In this document: piece after piece, positions 7,900-16,294 of the stretch
Numbering within the stretch: position 1 is the stretch's first letter
How the letters are laid out: every line of letters starts with the position of its first letter
DNA from: an archaeon
GTDB lineage: Archaea; Iainarchaeota; Iainarchaeia; Iainarchaeales; JANQMZ01
Reading direction: 5' to 3'
Assembly (NCBI GenBank): GCA_028279805.1
Contig: JANQMZ010000007.1
Span: 600,001-632,000 of the forward strand
Length of the DNA: 32,000 bases
Notes under the pieces: model-generated
Seen by the model: only the letters and a program-made list of their open reading frames with translations
The model's database searches: none
What the model was told of the DNA's origin: nothing
Translations under genes and position numbers: made by a program

Positions 7900-8433
7900 T
7901 TACTTTGCTTCTTTCAAATCTTTGATTAGTTTTTCAATTTTTTTTATTTGCTTGTCTTGTTCTTTCCTCATTTTTTCAGAATTAACGGGTTCTAATACTT
8001 TTCCACAGCTTGGGCATCTAAAATTGTATTCTGCAGCCACTTCAAAGGGAAGCGCTTCACAATTGGCTTCTCCGCACATAAAAAGGCTGTGCCCTTCCAC
8101 TTCATTTTTTCTTTTTTTCATGTTTCTAAGCATTTCTTCCTGTTCTTCCACCAATATTTCTACTATCCTGTTTCTGTTTATTTCCCAGGTATATGAATAC
8201 CATCCTGTTTTTTTGTTTCTGGTTTTTTGATAATTTGATATTCCCCTGTAATGCAGCCGGCTTAAAATGGTTCTGACTTGTGTTACTTTCAGTTTCATTT
8301 TTTCGGCAACCTGTTCATCATTAAATTTTTTCCCCAGTTTTTCCTGAACATTCATAAATTTTAGGGCGTGTTCTCCTGCCGTATTTTCAAGAAAATCTTT
8401 AACTATTTTGAAAGAAATTAGTTTTTTAGACAT
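7900..8433 (-). CDS. tfe: transcription initiation factor E subunit alpha (TFE)
   Basis: 177 aa; N-terminal wHTH (EQVAEKMKLKVTQVRTILSRLHYRGI) and zinc ribbon (CGEANCEALPFEVAAEYNFRCPSCG). Confidence 0.88.
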   Translation of the reverse strand: MSKKLISFKIVKDFLENTAGEHALKFMNVQEKLGKKFNDEQVAEKMKLKVTQVRTILSRLHYRGISNYQKTRNKKTGWYSYTWEINRNRIVEILVEEQEEMLRNMKKRKNEVEGHSLFMCGEANCEALPFEVAAEYNFRCPSCGKVLEPVNSEKMRKEQDKQIKKIEKLIKDLKEAK

Positions 8434-8481
8434 TTAGATATAATTTTTTATTAAAAAGGAATAAAAACCCAGCAACCTTTT

Positions 8482-9009
8482 TCACTGTTTTTTAAATTTT
8501 TTTCCTTTTTTTGAGGGAATTATCTCTATTTTTCCTTTAAATTTTTGATTCAGCTCTTTTCCTTCAAGCAGCCGGTCTAAAAAAACACTTAAAGAAGATA
8601 TTTCGCTGTGTGGCTGGGTTCCTATTGAAACATTTATATCAGATTCATCATAAACGCTTTTTTCCACTTTTTGAGAACCTATGACCACAAGAATTTTCTC
8701 CTTTTTCTTCATTTTTTCAATTGTTTTGTTGAGCGGCAAACCATACATTGTCAAATGCACAATCAAATAACCATCTTTTTTCTTTTCTTTTATTGCTTTT
8801 TTCCAGCTTGATTCAAATTTTACCTTAAATTTTCCGCCCCAGCTGTCATTTATCTTGTTTACTTTTTTAATAATTTCAGGCTCTTCTTTGCCTGATAAAA
8901 TTATTTCTTTTGCACCAAAAGCTCTTGCCACCAAACAACAATGAGTTGTGACTCTAGTGTCTCTTGCAAGCCTGTGCCCGTATCTTAACACAGAAACATC
9001 AATATTCAT
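8482..9009 (-). CDS. trm56: tRNA (cytidine(56)-2'-O)-methyltransferase
   Basis: 175 aa; VLRYGHRLARDTRVTTHCCLVARAFGA...VIGSQKVEKSVYDESDINVSIGTQPHSEISSLSVFLDRL. Confidence 0.88.
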   Translation of the reverse strand: MNIDVSVLRYGHRLARDTRVTTHCCLVARAFGAKEIILSGKEEPEIIKKVNKINDSWGGKFKVKFESSWKKAIKEKKKDGYLIVHLTMYGLPLNKTIEKMKKKEKILVVIGSQKVEKSVYDESDINVSIGTQPHSEISSLSVFLDRLLEGKELNQKFKGKIEIIPSKKGKKFKKQ

Positions 9010-9070
9010 GAGTATTCTGTTTTAGAAACGTATTTAATACATTTTTGGCTAAACTTAGACTGGTAATTGT

Positions 9071-10351
9071 ATGCTTGAATTAAGCTTCATTCGAAATAAC
9101 TCGGATGAAATTAAAAACACTTTAAAAAAAAGACTTCAGAATGACAAATTAGAAATCTTGAATTCATTATTAAAAGAAGACAAAAAATGGCGTGAAAACC
9201 GTCAAAAAGCAGACAAATTAAGGCATAAAAGAAATGTTTTAACAGAACAAATAAACAGGCTTGTGAACAAGAAGCAGAATGCTGCAACCCAAATTTCAGA
9301 AGCAAAAAAATTAGCCCAGCAAATAAAAAATGCTGAAGAAACGGAAAAAAAGACAATCAAAAAAATAAAACCACATTTGCTGAATTTGCCGAACATTTTA
9401 CACAAATCAGTTCCCACAGGCAAATCAGAAAAAGACAATGTTCAATTAAAAAAATGGGGAGAACCTGTTAAAAAAAACAAAATCTCGCATCACGGAGAAT
9501 TTGCTGAAAAAAACAAATGGGCCAATTTTAAAACAGCTTCAAAAATTTCAGGAGCCGGATTTTATTTTCTTTCAAAAGAACTTGCTTTAATGGAGCACGC
9601 ATTAATAAGGCTGGCACTTGACCACCTGATTTCAAAAAATTTTTCCTTAGTCAACCCCCCTCTGATGATGCGTAAAAATTTCTATGAAGGAATTGTTGAC
9701 CTGGAAGCATTTGAGAACGTTATGTATAAAATAGAGGGCAGTGATTTGTTTTTAATTCCAACATCTGAACATCCTTTGGCTGCAATGCATTTTAATGAAA
9801 TCATAAATTCCAAAGAACTTCCTTTAAAATACGCCGGCTTTTCCCCTTGTTTCAGAAAAGAAATTGGAAAACATAGCATTGATGAACGCGGATTATTCAG
9901 AGTTCATCAGTTTTACAAAATTGAACAGTTTGTTTTTTGCTTGCCCCAGGATTCATGGAAAATGCATGAACAACTTTTACAAAACACGGAAGAATTAATT
10001 AAAAAATTAAAAATTCCTTACCGGGTTATGAATTTGTGTTCTGCTGATGTGGGAAATGTTGCTTCAAAAACATTTGATGTTGAAGCATGGTCTCCGAGAG
10101 AAAACAAATATATTGAAATTGCTTCAGTTTCCAATTGCACGGATTATCAGGCAAACGCATTAAAAATAAGATATCGTAAAGGGAAAGAAAAGGAAATCTT
10201 GCACACGCTTAATGCTACTGCCATTCCAACTTCAAGAACTTTAAGGTTGATTATTGAAAATTTTCAGACAGACAATCAAACAATAAGAGTTCCCAAAGCA
10301 TTACAGGAGCATATGAACGGTTTAAAAGAAATTCCTCTAAAAAAGAAATAA
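9071..10351 (+). CDS. serS: seryl-tRNA synthetase
   Basis: 426 aa; N-terminal coiled-coil arm and class II motifs (FRKEIGKHSIDERGLFRVHQFYKIEQFVF; NATAIPTSRTLRLIIENFQ). Confidence 0.97.
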   Translation: MLELSFIRNNSDEIKNTLKKRLQNDKLEILNSLLKEDKKWRENRQKADKLRHKRNVLTEQINRLVNKKQNAATQISEAKKLAQQIKNAEETEKKTIKKIKPHLLNLPNILHKSVPTGKSEKDNVQLKKWGEPVKKNKISHHGEFAEKNKWANFKTASKISGAGFYFLSKELALMEHALIRLALDHLISKNFSLVNPPLMMRKNFYEGIVDLEAFENVMYKIEGSDLFLIPTSEHPLAAMHFNEIINSKELPLKYAGFSPCFRKEIGKHSIDERGLFRVHQFYKIEQFVFCLPQDSWKMHEQLLQNTEELIKKLKIPYRVMNLCSADVGNVASKTFDVEAWSPRENKYIEIASVSNCTDYQANALKIRYRKGKEKEILHTLNATAIPTSRTLRLIIENFQTDNQTIRVPKALQEHMNGLKEIPLKKK

Positions 10352-10393
10352 TTTAAACATTAGCAAACCATTTTTATTATTAAAACCCTTTTT

Positions 10394-10467
10394 GGGCCCG
10401 TAGCTCAGCCTGGTAGAGCACTGGGCTTTTAACCCAGGTGTCGAGGGTTCGAATCCCTCCGGGCTCA
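10394..10467 (+). tRNA. tRNA-Lys(TTT)
   Basis: GGGCCCGUAGCUCAGCCUGGUAGAGCACUGGGCUUUUAACCCAGGUGUCGAGGGUUCGAAUCCCUCCGGGCUCA; anticodon loop CUUUUAA; complete cloverleaf. Confidence 0.96.
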
Positions 10468-10500
10468 CCTAATTTAACAGCACAAAAAGGGAAGCCAATC

Positions 10501-10574
10501 GGGCCCATAGCTCAGCTCGGCAGAGCAGCAGGCTCTTAACCTGCGTGTCGTGGGTTCAAATCCCACTGGGCTCA
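10501..10574 (+). tRNA. tRNA-Lys(CTT)
   Basis: GGGCCCAUAGCUCAGCUCGGCAGAGCAGCAGGCUCUUAACCUGCGUGUCGUGGGUUCAAAUCCCACUGGGCUCA; anticodon loop CUCUUAA; complete cloverleaf. Confidence 0.96.
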
Positions 10575-10616
10575 CTAAAAGATTTTATTAAGCCTTGCTA
10601 TCCTTTTTTTTAGAAC

Positions 10617-10690
10617 GGGAAGGTAGCTCAGCCTGGGAGAGCACATGGCTGAAGACCATGGTGTCGCGAGTTCAAATCTCGCCCTTCCCA
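10617..10690 (+). tRNA. tRNA-Phe(GAA)
   Basis: GGGAAGGUAGCUCAGCCUGGGAGAGCACAUGGCUGAAGACCAUGGUGUCGCGAGUUCAAAUCUCGCCCUUCCCA; anticodon loop CUGAAGA; complete cloverleaf. Confidence 0.96.
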
Positions 10691-10783
10691 TAATCTAATT
10701 GAATATGTCCAGGACTAACCCGGCAAATAATAAAAAAATAGTGGGGCTTTCAACCCCAAAATTAAACACTGCTTAAAAGAAAA

Positions 10784-11266
10784 CTATTTTCTCCTTCTTC
10801 TTTTTCTAGGAGCTGCTTTTCTGCGTTTTCTTCTCTTTGGCGCAGCTTTCTTAGCTCTTCTTTTTCTTCTTTTAGGAGCCGCTTTTTTACGCCTTCGTTT
10901 TTTAGGAGCTGCTTTTTTTGCTGTTTTTCTTCTTCGTCTTTTCTTTGGAGCTGCTGCTTTTTTTCTTCGTCTTCTTTTTGGAGTTGCTTTAGCTTTTCTT
11001 CTTTTCCTTCGTTTAGGTGCTGCTGCCTTTTTTCTTCTCCGTCTCTTTGGAGCCGCTTTCTTTGCTGTTCTCCTTTTTCTGCGTGTTGTTTTTTTAGCTG
11101 CGGTTTTTCTTCTCCTTCTTTTTGGAGCTGCTTTTCTTGTTGTTTTTCTTTTTCTTCTTTTTGGTGCAGCCTTAGCTTTTCTTCTCCTTCTTTTAGGAGC
11201 CGCCTTTTTCACTGTTTTTCTGCGTCTTTTCTTTGGAGCAGCTTTTTTTCTCCTCCTTCTAGCCAT
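10784..11266 (-). CDS. histone H1/Hc2/AlgP-like repetitive Lys/Arg/Ala/Pro protein
   Basis: 160 aa built from (K)AAPKRRRRK-type repeats (MARRRRKKAAPKKRRRKTVKKAAPKRRRRKAKAAPKRR...); no other residue types apart from T, V and the initiator M. Confidence 0.8.
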   Translation of the reverse strand: MARRRRKKAAPKKRRRKTVKKAAPKRRRRKAKAAPKRRKRKTTRKAAPKRRRRKTAAKKTTRRKRRTAKKAAPKRRRRKKAAAPKRRKRRKAKATPKRRRRKKAAAPKKRRRRKTAKKAAPKKRRRKKAAPKRRKRRAKKAAPKRRKRRKAAPRKRRRRK

Positions 11267-11381
11267 AAGTTTTTTTTCACCTCGTAAAAAGTTGTATCAT
11301 TTAAGCAAAAACATAATTAAACTTATATTTAAAAGTAACTTTTATTTTTTTTTTAAAATTAATTATTTTTTTTTAAAACTT

Positions 11382-12128
11382 TTACAGGTTTTGATATTCT
11401 TCGTCTATTTTGTGAACAGTTATTCCTTTTTCATCTATTGTTAAAGGATGCAAATCTTCGGAATGTTTTGTTGAACGCATTTTTCTGATATGCAAAGTTC
11501 TGTTGCTTTGTGTTCCCGTGCTCATGTAATGCAATACTATTACTCCGTCAACAACATATTCTTCTATTCCGTATTTTCCATACTTGTTTTCTCCTTCCTG
11601 TGCTTCCGAAATAAGTAACGCGGTTGCTCCCGACCTGGCAAGCATATAACTAAGTTTTAAAACAGTGTTCCGTATGTCTGAATCATTTTCAAAATTGAAA
11701 CCCAGTGAGGGAATGGAGTCAAGAACAACTCTTTTGGCGCCCATTCTTTTTATTACTCTCATGATTTCCAGCAAAAGCTTGTCAACATCAAATCCTGTGC
11801 TTGGCAAGGAAAATTCTTCTTCTGAAGGCAGGCCCAGTTTTGTTACGCTTCCGTCAATTATCTGAAGCATGTTTTCTTCTTCCAACTTTTTTAAATCCCA
11901 GCCAAACCTTAAACAATCCTGTCTTATCAAATCAGGTCGTTCATCCAGTGTTACATATACTCCCGGTTCCCTGAATTCTTTTGCTCCTTTGTAAACATAT
12001 TCAACCCCAAAAATTGTTTTGCCTGTTCCGCAGCCTCCGCTAAGCAAAACAGAGCGGCCTTTGGGAAAGCCCCCCTCTATCAATCCGTCTAATCCTTTTA
12101 TTCCTGTTTTAACTCTTTCCATTGCCAC
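11382..12128 (-). CDS. KaiC-like / RecA-superfamily ATPase, single domain
   Basis: 248 aa; VKTGIKGLDGLIEGGFPKGRSVLLSGGCGTGKTIFGVEYVYKGA (Walker A), RVVLDSIPSL (Walker B), RTLHIRKMRSTKHSEDLHPLTIDEKGITV. Confidence 0.9.
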   Translation of the reverse strand: MAMERVKTGIKGLDGLIEGGFPKGRSVLLSGGCGTGKTIFGVEYVYKGAKEFREPGVYVTLDERPDLIRQDCLRFGWDLKKLEEENMLQIIDGSVTKLGLPSEEEFSLPSTGFDVDKLLLEIMRVIKRMGAKRVVLDSIPSLGFNFENDSDIRNTVLKLSYMLARSGATALLISEAQEGENKYGKYGIEEYVVDGVIVLHYMSTGTQSNRTLHIRKMRSTKHSEDLHPLTIDEKGITVHKIDEEYQNL

Positions 12129-12162
12129 ACCTAAAAGAACATTTTGTTATTAAAATATTTAT

Positions 12163-14049
12163 CTAAATTCTTAAAACTTCGTTCACACTATCCGTTTTTC
12201 TTAATTTTTCTAAAATTTTCTCAAGCTGCTGTGAATTTGATATTTCCAGATTAAATGTGCAAACAGCTGCATTATTTTTTGAAACTCTTGCTTCTGTGCT
12301 TATTATGGCCGCCTTGTTTTTTGCTATATTGTTAAGCAAATCTGTTAAAAGACCTGGCCTGTCGAAAGCATTTACCCTTAGTTTTGTAAAATACTGGTTT
12401 TTTTTGTTTCCCCAGCCTATTTCAATTTTGTTTTTTAAATTCAGTTTTTTTGTTTCTTCACAGTTTTTTCTATGAACAACAATTTTTCTCTTAGTTGTTT
12501 TGTATCCTGTTATTTGATCGCCGGGAAGAGGGTTGCAGCATTCTGCCAGTCTTACATTTTTATCCTGTGTTGTTTTAATTCCTTTTTTGTCTTTTTCCTT
12601 TTTTTTAATTCCGGAAAGCCTTAATCCCAGCTTTCTTCTTATTTTTGTTTTGGCTTTCGGGCTTTTTACAATTCCAAGCCACTGGCTTTTTGTGTTTGTT
12701 TTGTTTGATGTAAGTATTTCAACAGTGTCTCCGTTTTCAAGCCGGTGGTCAATGGGAACCCCTTTTTTGTTTACAATTGCTTTTTCATATTTGTGCCCTA
12801 TCTCCGTATGAACAGAGTAAGCAAAATCCAAAGGCACAGAACTCTCTGGCAAAACTACAAGCATTTTTTTGGGAGTGAATACAAATATTTCTTTTTTTCC
12901 GAAATCTATTCTCATGGATTTTAACAGTTTTTCAGAGTTTTGAAATTTTCTCTGCCATTCAAGAAGCTGTTTTGCCCAGGTTAGTTTTTTGTCAAAATAC
13001 CTGTCTTTTGCAAATTTTTTATAATGCCAGTGTGATGCCACTCCTTCCTCTGCATTTCTGTGCATTTCCCAGGTTCTTATCTGAACTTCCACAACACTCC
13101 CGTTTATCTGAACTGCGGTGTGCAGGCTTTGATACTTATTTGGTTTTGGGTGTGAAATGTAGTCGTCAAAATGTCCTGTTGAATCAAATCTGTGATGAAT
13201 TAATCCAAGAGCACGGTAACAGTCAACAACATTTTCACAAATTATTCTGATTCCAAGCAAATCATTAATTTCTTTCATTTTTTTATTGCTTTTTTTTATT
13301 TTTTTATAAATGCTTGCAAAACTTTTTGGCCGCCCTTCTATTCCCGCATCAATTTTGTTTTTTTCAAGAATTTTTTTCAAGTCTTTGATTATTTTTTTTA
13401 TTTTTCTTTCTCTTTCCGTTCTTTTTTCTTTAATGCTTTTTTTAATTTTATCATAAGCTTTGGGATTTAACGCTTTGAAAGACAAATCAGTCAAAAGCCA
13501 TTCAATTTCATACAATCCCAGCTTGTGAGCCATTGGAACATAAACATCAAGATATGCTTTTGCCAGTTTTCTTGTTTTTTTTATGGGAACCTGTTCCATG
13601 TTTCTCATGTTTTCCAGTGACGCGGCAAGATTTACAAGAACCGTTCTGACATCTTCAGAGACAGCCAACAAAATTCTTGAAAGTTCGTTTCCTGAAACAA
13701 TTCCGATGTTTTTTTTTTCAATCTCATTAAGTTTTTTGAGTTCCGCAACCAAACCGGACACTTCTTTTCCGAATTGTTTTCTGAGTTCAGGTTCAAGTTC
13801 CCGGTTTTCATCCAGAACATCATGCAATAATCCTGCACAAACAGTTTCAAGTTCAACTTTTTGTTCTGCCAAAAGATAGGCCGTGTTTAAAGAGTGTGTT
13901 ATGAACGGTTTTCCTGAAAGTCTTTTTTTGTTTTTATGAACTTCTGATGCAAAATCATATGCTTTTTTTAAAAGTTTTTTGTTAAAAGAACGATTGTTTC
14001 TTGCAACAGCTTTTTTAAGCTCAGAAAAACTTCTATCTCTGTATTTCAT
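12163..14049 (-). CDS. relA: RelA/SpoT family (p)ppGpp synthetase with HD-synthetase-TGS-CC-ACT architecture
   Basis: 628 aa; HD region THSLNTAYLLAEQ..LLHDVLDEN; synthetase GRPKSFASIYKKI...INDLLGIRII...FDDYISHPKPNKYQSLHTAVQ...EVQIRTWEMHRNAEEGVASHWHY; TGS EIFVFTPKKMLVVLPESSVPLDFAYSVHTEIGHK; AECCNPLPGDQITGY...HRKNC; C-terminal ACT RVNAFDRPGLLTDLLNNIA. Confidence 0.95.
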   Translation of the reverse strand: MKYRDRSFSELKKAVARNNRSFNKKLLKKAYDFASEVHKNKKRLSGKPFITHSLNTAYLLAEQKVELETVCAGLLHDVLDENRELEPELRKQFGKEVSGLVAELKKLNEIEKKNIGIVSGNELSRILLAVSEDVRTVLVNLAASLENMRNMEQVPIKKTRKLAKAYLDVYVPMAHKLGLYEIEWLLTDLSFKALNPKAYDKIKKSIKEKRTERERKIKKIIKDLKKILEKNKIDAGIEGRPKSFASIYKKIKKSNKKMKEINDLLGIRIICENVVDCYRALGLIHHRFDSTGHFDDYISHPKPNKYQSLHTAVQINGSVVEVQIRTWEMHRNAEEGVASHWHYKKFAKDRYFDKKLTWAKQLLEWQRKFQNSEKLLKSMRIDFGKKEIFVFTPKKMLVVLPESSVPLDFAYSVHTEIGHKYEKAIVNKKGVPIDHRLENGDTVEILTSNKTNTKSQWLGIVKSPKAKTKIRRKLGLRLSGIKKKEKDKKGIKTTQDKNVRLAECCNPLPGDQITGYKTTKRKIVVHRKNCEETKKLNLKNKIEIGWGNKKNQYFTKLRVNAFDRPGLLTDLLNNIAKNKAAIISTEARVSKNNAAVCTFNLEISNSQQLEKILEKLRKTDSVNEVLRI

Positions 14050-14138
14050 TTAAAAAAACACTATGCTGGAAAACTCTTTTAATAGCCTTTTTTCAGGTTA
14101 AGCAAGTTTTAAATTAGTTTAGAGCCTTTTTTATATTC

Positions 14139-14810
14139 ATGGATTTAAAGCAACCAATTCTGTTTATCAATTTTAAAACATATGCGGAAAGCACCGGAAA
14201 AAATGCTTTGATTTTGGCTCAAAAAGCTGAACAGTTTTTGTCAAAATATTCTGTTGTAATTGTCGCCCAGCCAACAGACATAGGAATTCTTTCAAAAACA
14301 AAAATTTCAATTTTTGCCCAGCATATTGACCCTGTTGATTTTGGCTCAAACACCGGGGCAATTTTGCCTCAGGCGATAAAACAAGCGGGGGCGATCGGAA
14401 CGGTTTTAAATCATGCTGAAAAAAAATTAACCAATGAAGTTTTAGAAAAATCAATTAAAAAAGCAAAACAGGCAGATTTGATTGTAATGGCTTGTGCCGA
14501 AAATACGGAAAGAGCAAAACAAATAGCATCATTTAAAATCAAACCCGATTTTATTGCCATTGAACCACCTGAATTGATAGGGGGCGATGTTTCGGTTTCA
14601 ACCGCAAACCCCGAAATTATAACAGATACAATAAAAGAAGTTCATAAAATTTCCAGCATTCCTGTCATAACCGGTGCAGGAATTAAAACATCCGGCGATG
14701 TTAAAAAAGCAATCGAACTGGGAACCCAGGGAGTTTTTGTAGCTTCCGGAATCATCAAATCTGAAAATCCTCAAAAAGCGGTTCAGGAATTACTGGAGGG
14801 ATTTGATTGA
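14139..14810 (+). CDS. tpiA: triosephosphate isomerase (archaeal type)
   Basis: 223 aa; INFKTY, AQHIDPV, TGAILPQAIKQAGAIGTVLNHAEKK, AIEPPELIGG, TGAGIKTSGDV...GVFVASGI. Confidence 0.95.
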   Translation: MDLKQPILFINFKTYAESTGKNALILAQKAEQFLSKYSVVIVAQPTDIGILSKTKISIFAQHIDPVDFGSNTGAILPQAIKQAGAIGTVLNHAEKKLTNEVLEKSIKKAKQADLIVMACAENTERAKQIASFKIKPDFIAIEPPELIGGDVSVSTANPEIITDTIKEVHKISSIPVITGAGIKTSGDVKKAIELGTQGVFVASGIIKSENPQKAVQELLEGFD

Positions 14811-15103
14811 ACAATATTCAAACCTCAAATTTTCCCGAATTGGATGAATTTGATTCAGCTAAAGCCAATGAAGCAATTGAATCTTTTTATCAAAAATATG
14901 CCAGAATTTTATCAGAAACGCCTTTGTTGTCTTTACACCACAAAGAATATTCCAAAGAAGGAAAAAGAAAAAAACACGTTATTAATGCAAAACTATCCTC
15001 GTCAAAAAAGTCAATACATTTTGAAGCATTTGACTGGAATTTTTTAACAGCATTGCAGAATACTTTGAAAGGATTGCTAAAACAATTAAAATCTGAAAAA
15101 TAA
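14807..15103 (+). CDS. hypothetical protein
   Basis: 98 aa; TTG start overlapping the tpiA stop, which suggests translational coupling. Confidence 0.45.
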   Translation: MNNIQTSNFPELDEFDSAKANEAIESFYQKYARILSETPLLSLHHKEYSKEGKRKKHVINAKLSSSKKSIHFEAFDWNFLTALQNTLKGLLKQLKSEK

Positions 15104-15106
15104 AAA

Positions 15107-15381
15107 TGCGAGCACACCCAAAAATGGATTCAGTTTCAAGAAATGAGTTAACCTGCTATTCCTCCTCGCCTCCGTAACCCGCAAAGCATTCCAAAACAAA
15201 GTTACCGTTGCTTTCTTCCGAATCTGGCGGGATTCGCTTTGAATTGAAATCTGTGCGGACAAAGGGTCAACGTCAGAATAACAGACCCACTCTATCAACC
15301 AAACCTCTTCTCAGGCTTCGGTTCCGGCATAAAGCGGATTTCCGGCTACAAGAGACCGCTAACCTCTCAACCTAGCTCGCA
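15107..15381 (-). ncRNA. ffs: signal recognition particle RNA (archaeal 7S RNA)
   Basis: Minus strand 5'-TGCGAGCTAGGTTGAGAGGTTAGCGGTCTCTTGTAGCCGGAAATCCGCTTTATGCCGGAACCGAAGCCTGAG...GGGTCTG...CTGACGTTGACCC...CCCGCCAGATTCGGAAGAAAGCAACGGTAA...GTGTGCTCGCA. Matches archaeal SRP Alu-domain layout and helix 8 (GGAAG..AGCAAC); the GCGAGC/GCUCGC terminal helix closes the ends. Confidence 0.92.
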
Positions 15382-15412
15382 TTAAAATTAGGCATCCCAA
15401 ATGTTTAAAATT

Positions 15413-16294
15413 CTAATAGAAGTTCATGCTGAGATATCTTTCCCCTTTATCAGGAAAAACTGTTGCCACTTTTTTAAACTTTTTTTTCATTTTTAAAGCA
15501 GCTAAAAGATTGGCTCCTGAGCTCACTCCGCCCAAAATGCCGTGTTTTTTTGCAAGCATTCTTGTGGCTTCAATTGCATCATCGCTTGATATATGAATTA
15601 TTTTATGAATCATTTTTTTGTTTTTTTCAATTATTCCGGGAATAAAACCATCACCAATTCCTTCAATTGAATGGTGTGCAGGATCTCCTCCTGCCAGTAC
15701 AGGCGCCTCTTCAGGTTCAACTGCAATCAGCTTAACTTTTGGATTTATTTTCATCAAAGCTTTTCCAACTCCGATCAATGTTCCTCCTGTTCCCACTCCT
15801 GCAACAAAGCAATCAATTTTTCCCAGTTCTTTTGTCATTTCTTTTCCAAGAGTTTTTTGGTAAGCTTCAACATTCCAAGGAGTGTCAAATTGTTTGACTG
15901 CAAAATAATTTTTTTTCTTTCCTAATTTTTCTTCAATTTCACATGCTTCTTTTAACAGATTTTTACTTCTTTTTGTATAAGTAAGTTTTGAACCAAAAGC
16001 CCTTAACAGCCTTGTTCTTTCATGGCTAAAAGCTTTGGGCATAACCGTGTGCATTTTGTATCCTTTTATTGTGCATACCATTGCAAAAGCAATGGCGGAA
16101 TTTCCTGAGCTTGCTTCAACAACAATGTTTCCTTTTTTGAGTTTGCCTGTTCTTTCAGCTTTTTCAATGACATATTTTGCAAGCCTGTCCTTGATGCTTC
16201 CGCTTGGATTTTCAAATTCCAGTTTTACATCAATTCCATCAATTTTTATGTGTGAGGTGTTTCCTATTGCTGAAAGAATTGTCTTGTTTTTCAT
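15413..16294 (-). CDS. cysK: PLP-dependent cysteine synthase / beta-synthase family protein
   Basis: 293 aa; FENPSGSIKDRLAKYVIEKAE, EASSGNSAIAFAMV, GVGTGGTLIGVGKAL, GGVSSGANLLAAL, FPDKGERYLS. Confidence 0.85.
   Translation of the reverse strand: MKNKTILSAIGNTSHIKIDGIDVKLEFENPSGSIKDRLAKYVIEKAERTGKLKKGNIVVEASSGNSAIAFAMVCTIKGYKMHTVMPKAFSHERTRLLRAFGSKLTYTKRSKNLLKEACEIEEKLGKKKNYFAVKQFDTPWNVEAYQKTLGKEMTKELGKIDCFVAGVGTGGTLIGVGKALMKINPKVKLIAVEPEEAPVLAGGDPAHHSIEGIGDGFIPGIIEKNKKMIHKIIHISSDDAIEATRMLAKKHGILGGVSSGANLLAALKMKKKFKKVATVFPDKGERYLSMNFY

Noticed and set aside
15086-15298. Minus-strand ORF of 70 aa
   Set aside because: Overlaps the SRP RNA gene and its composition reflects RNA sequence.
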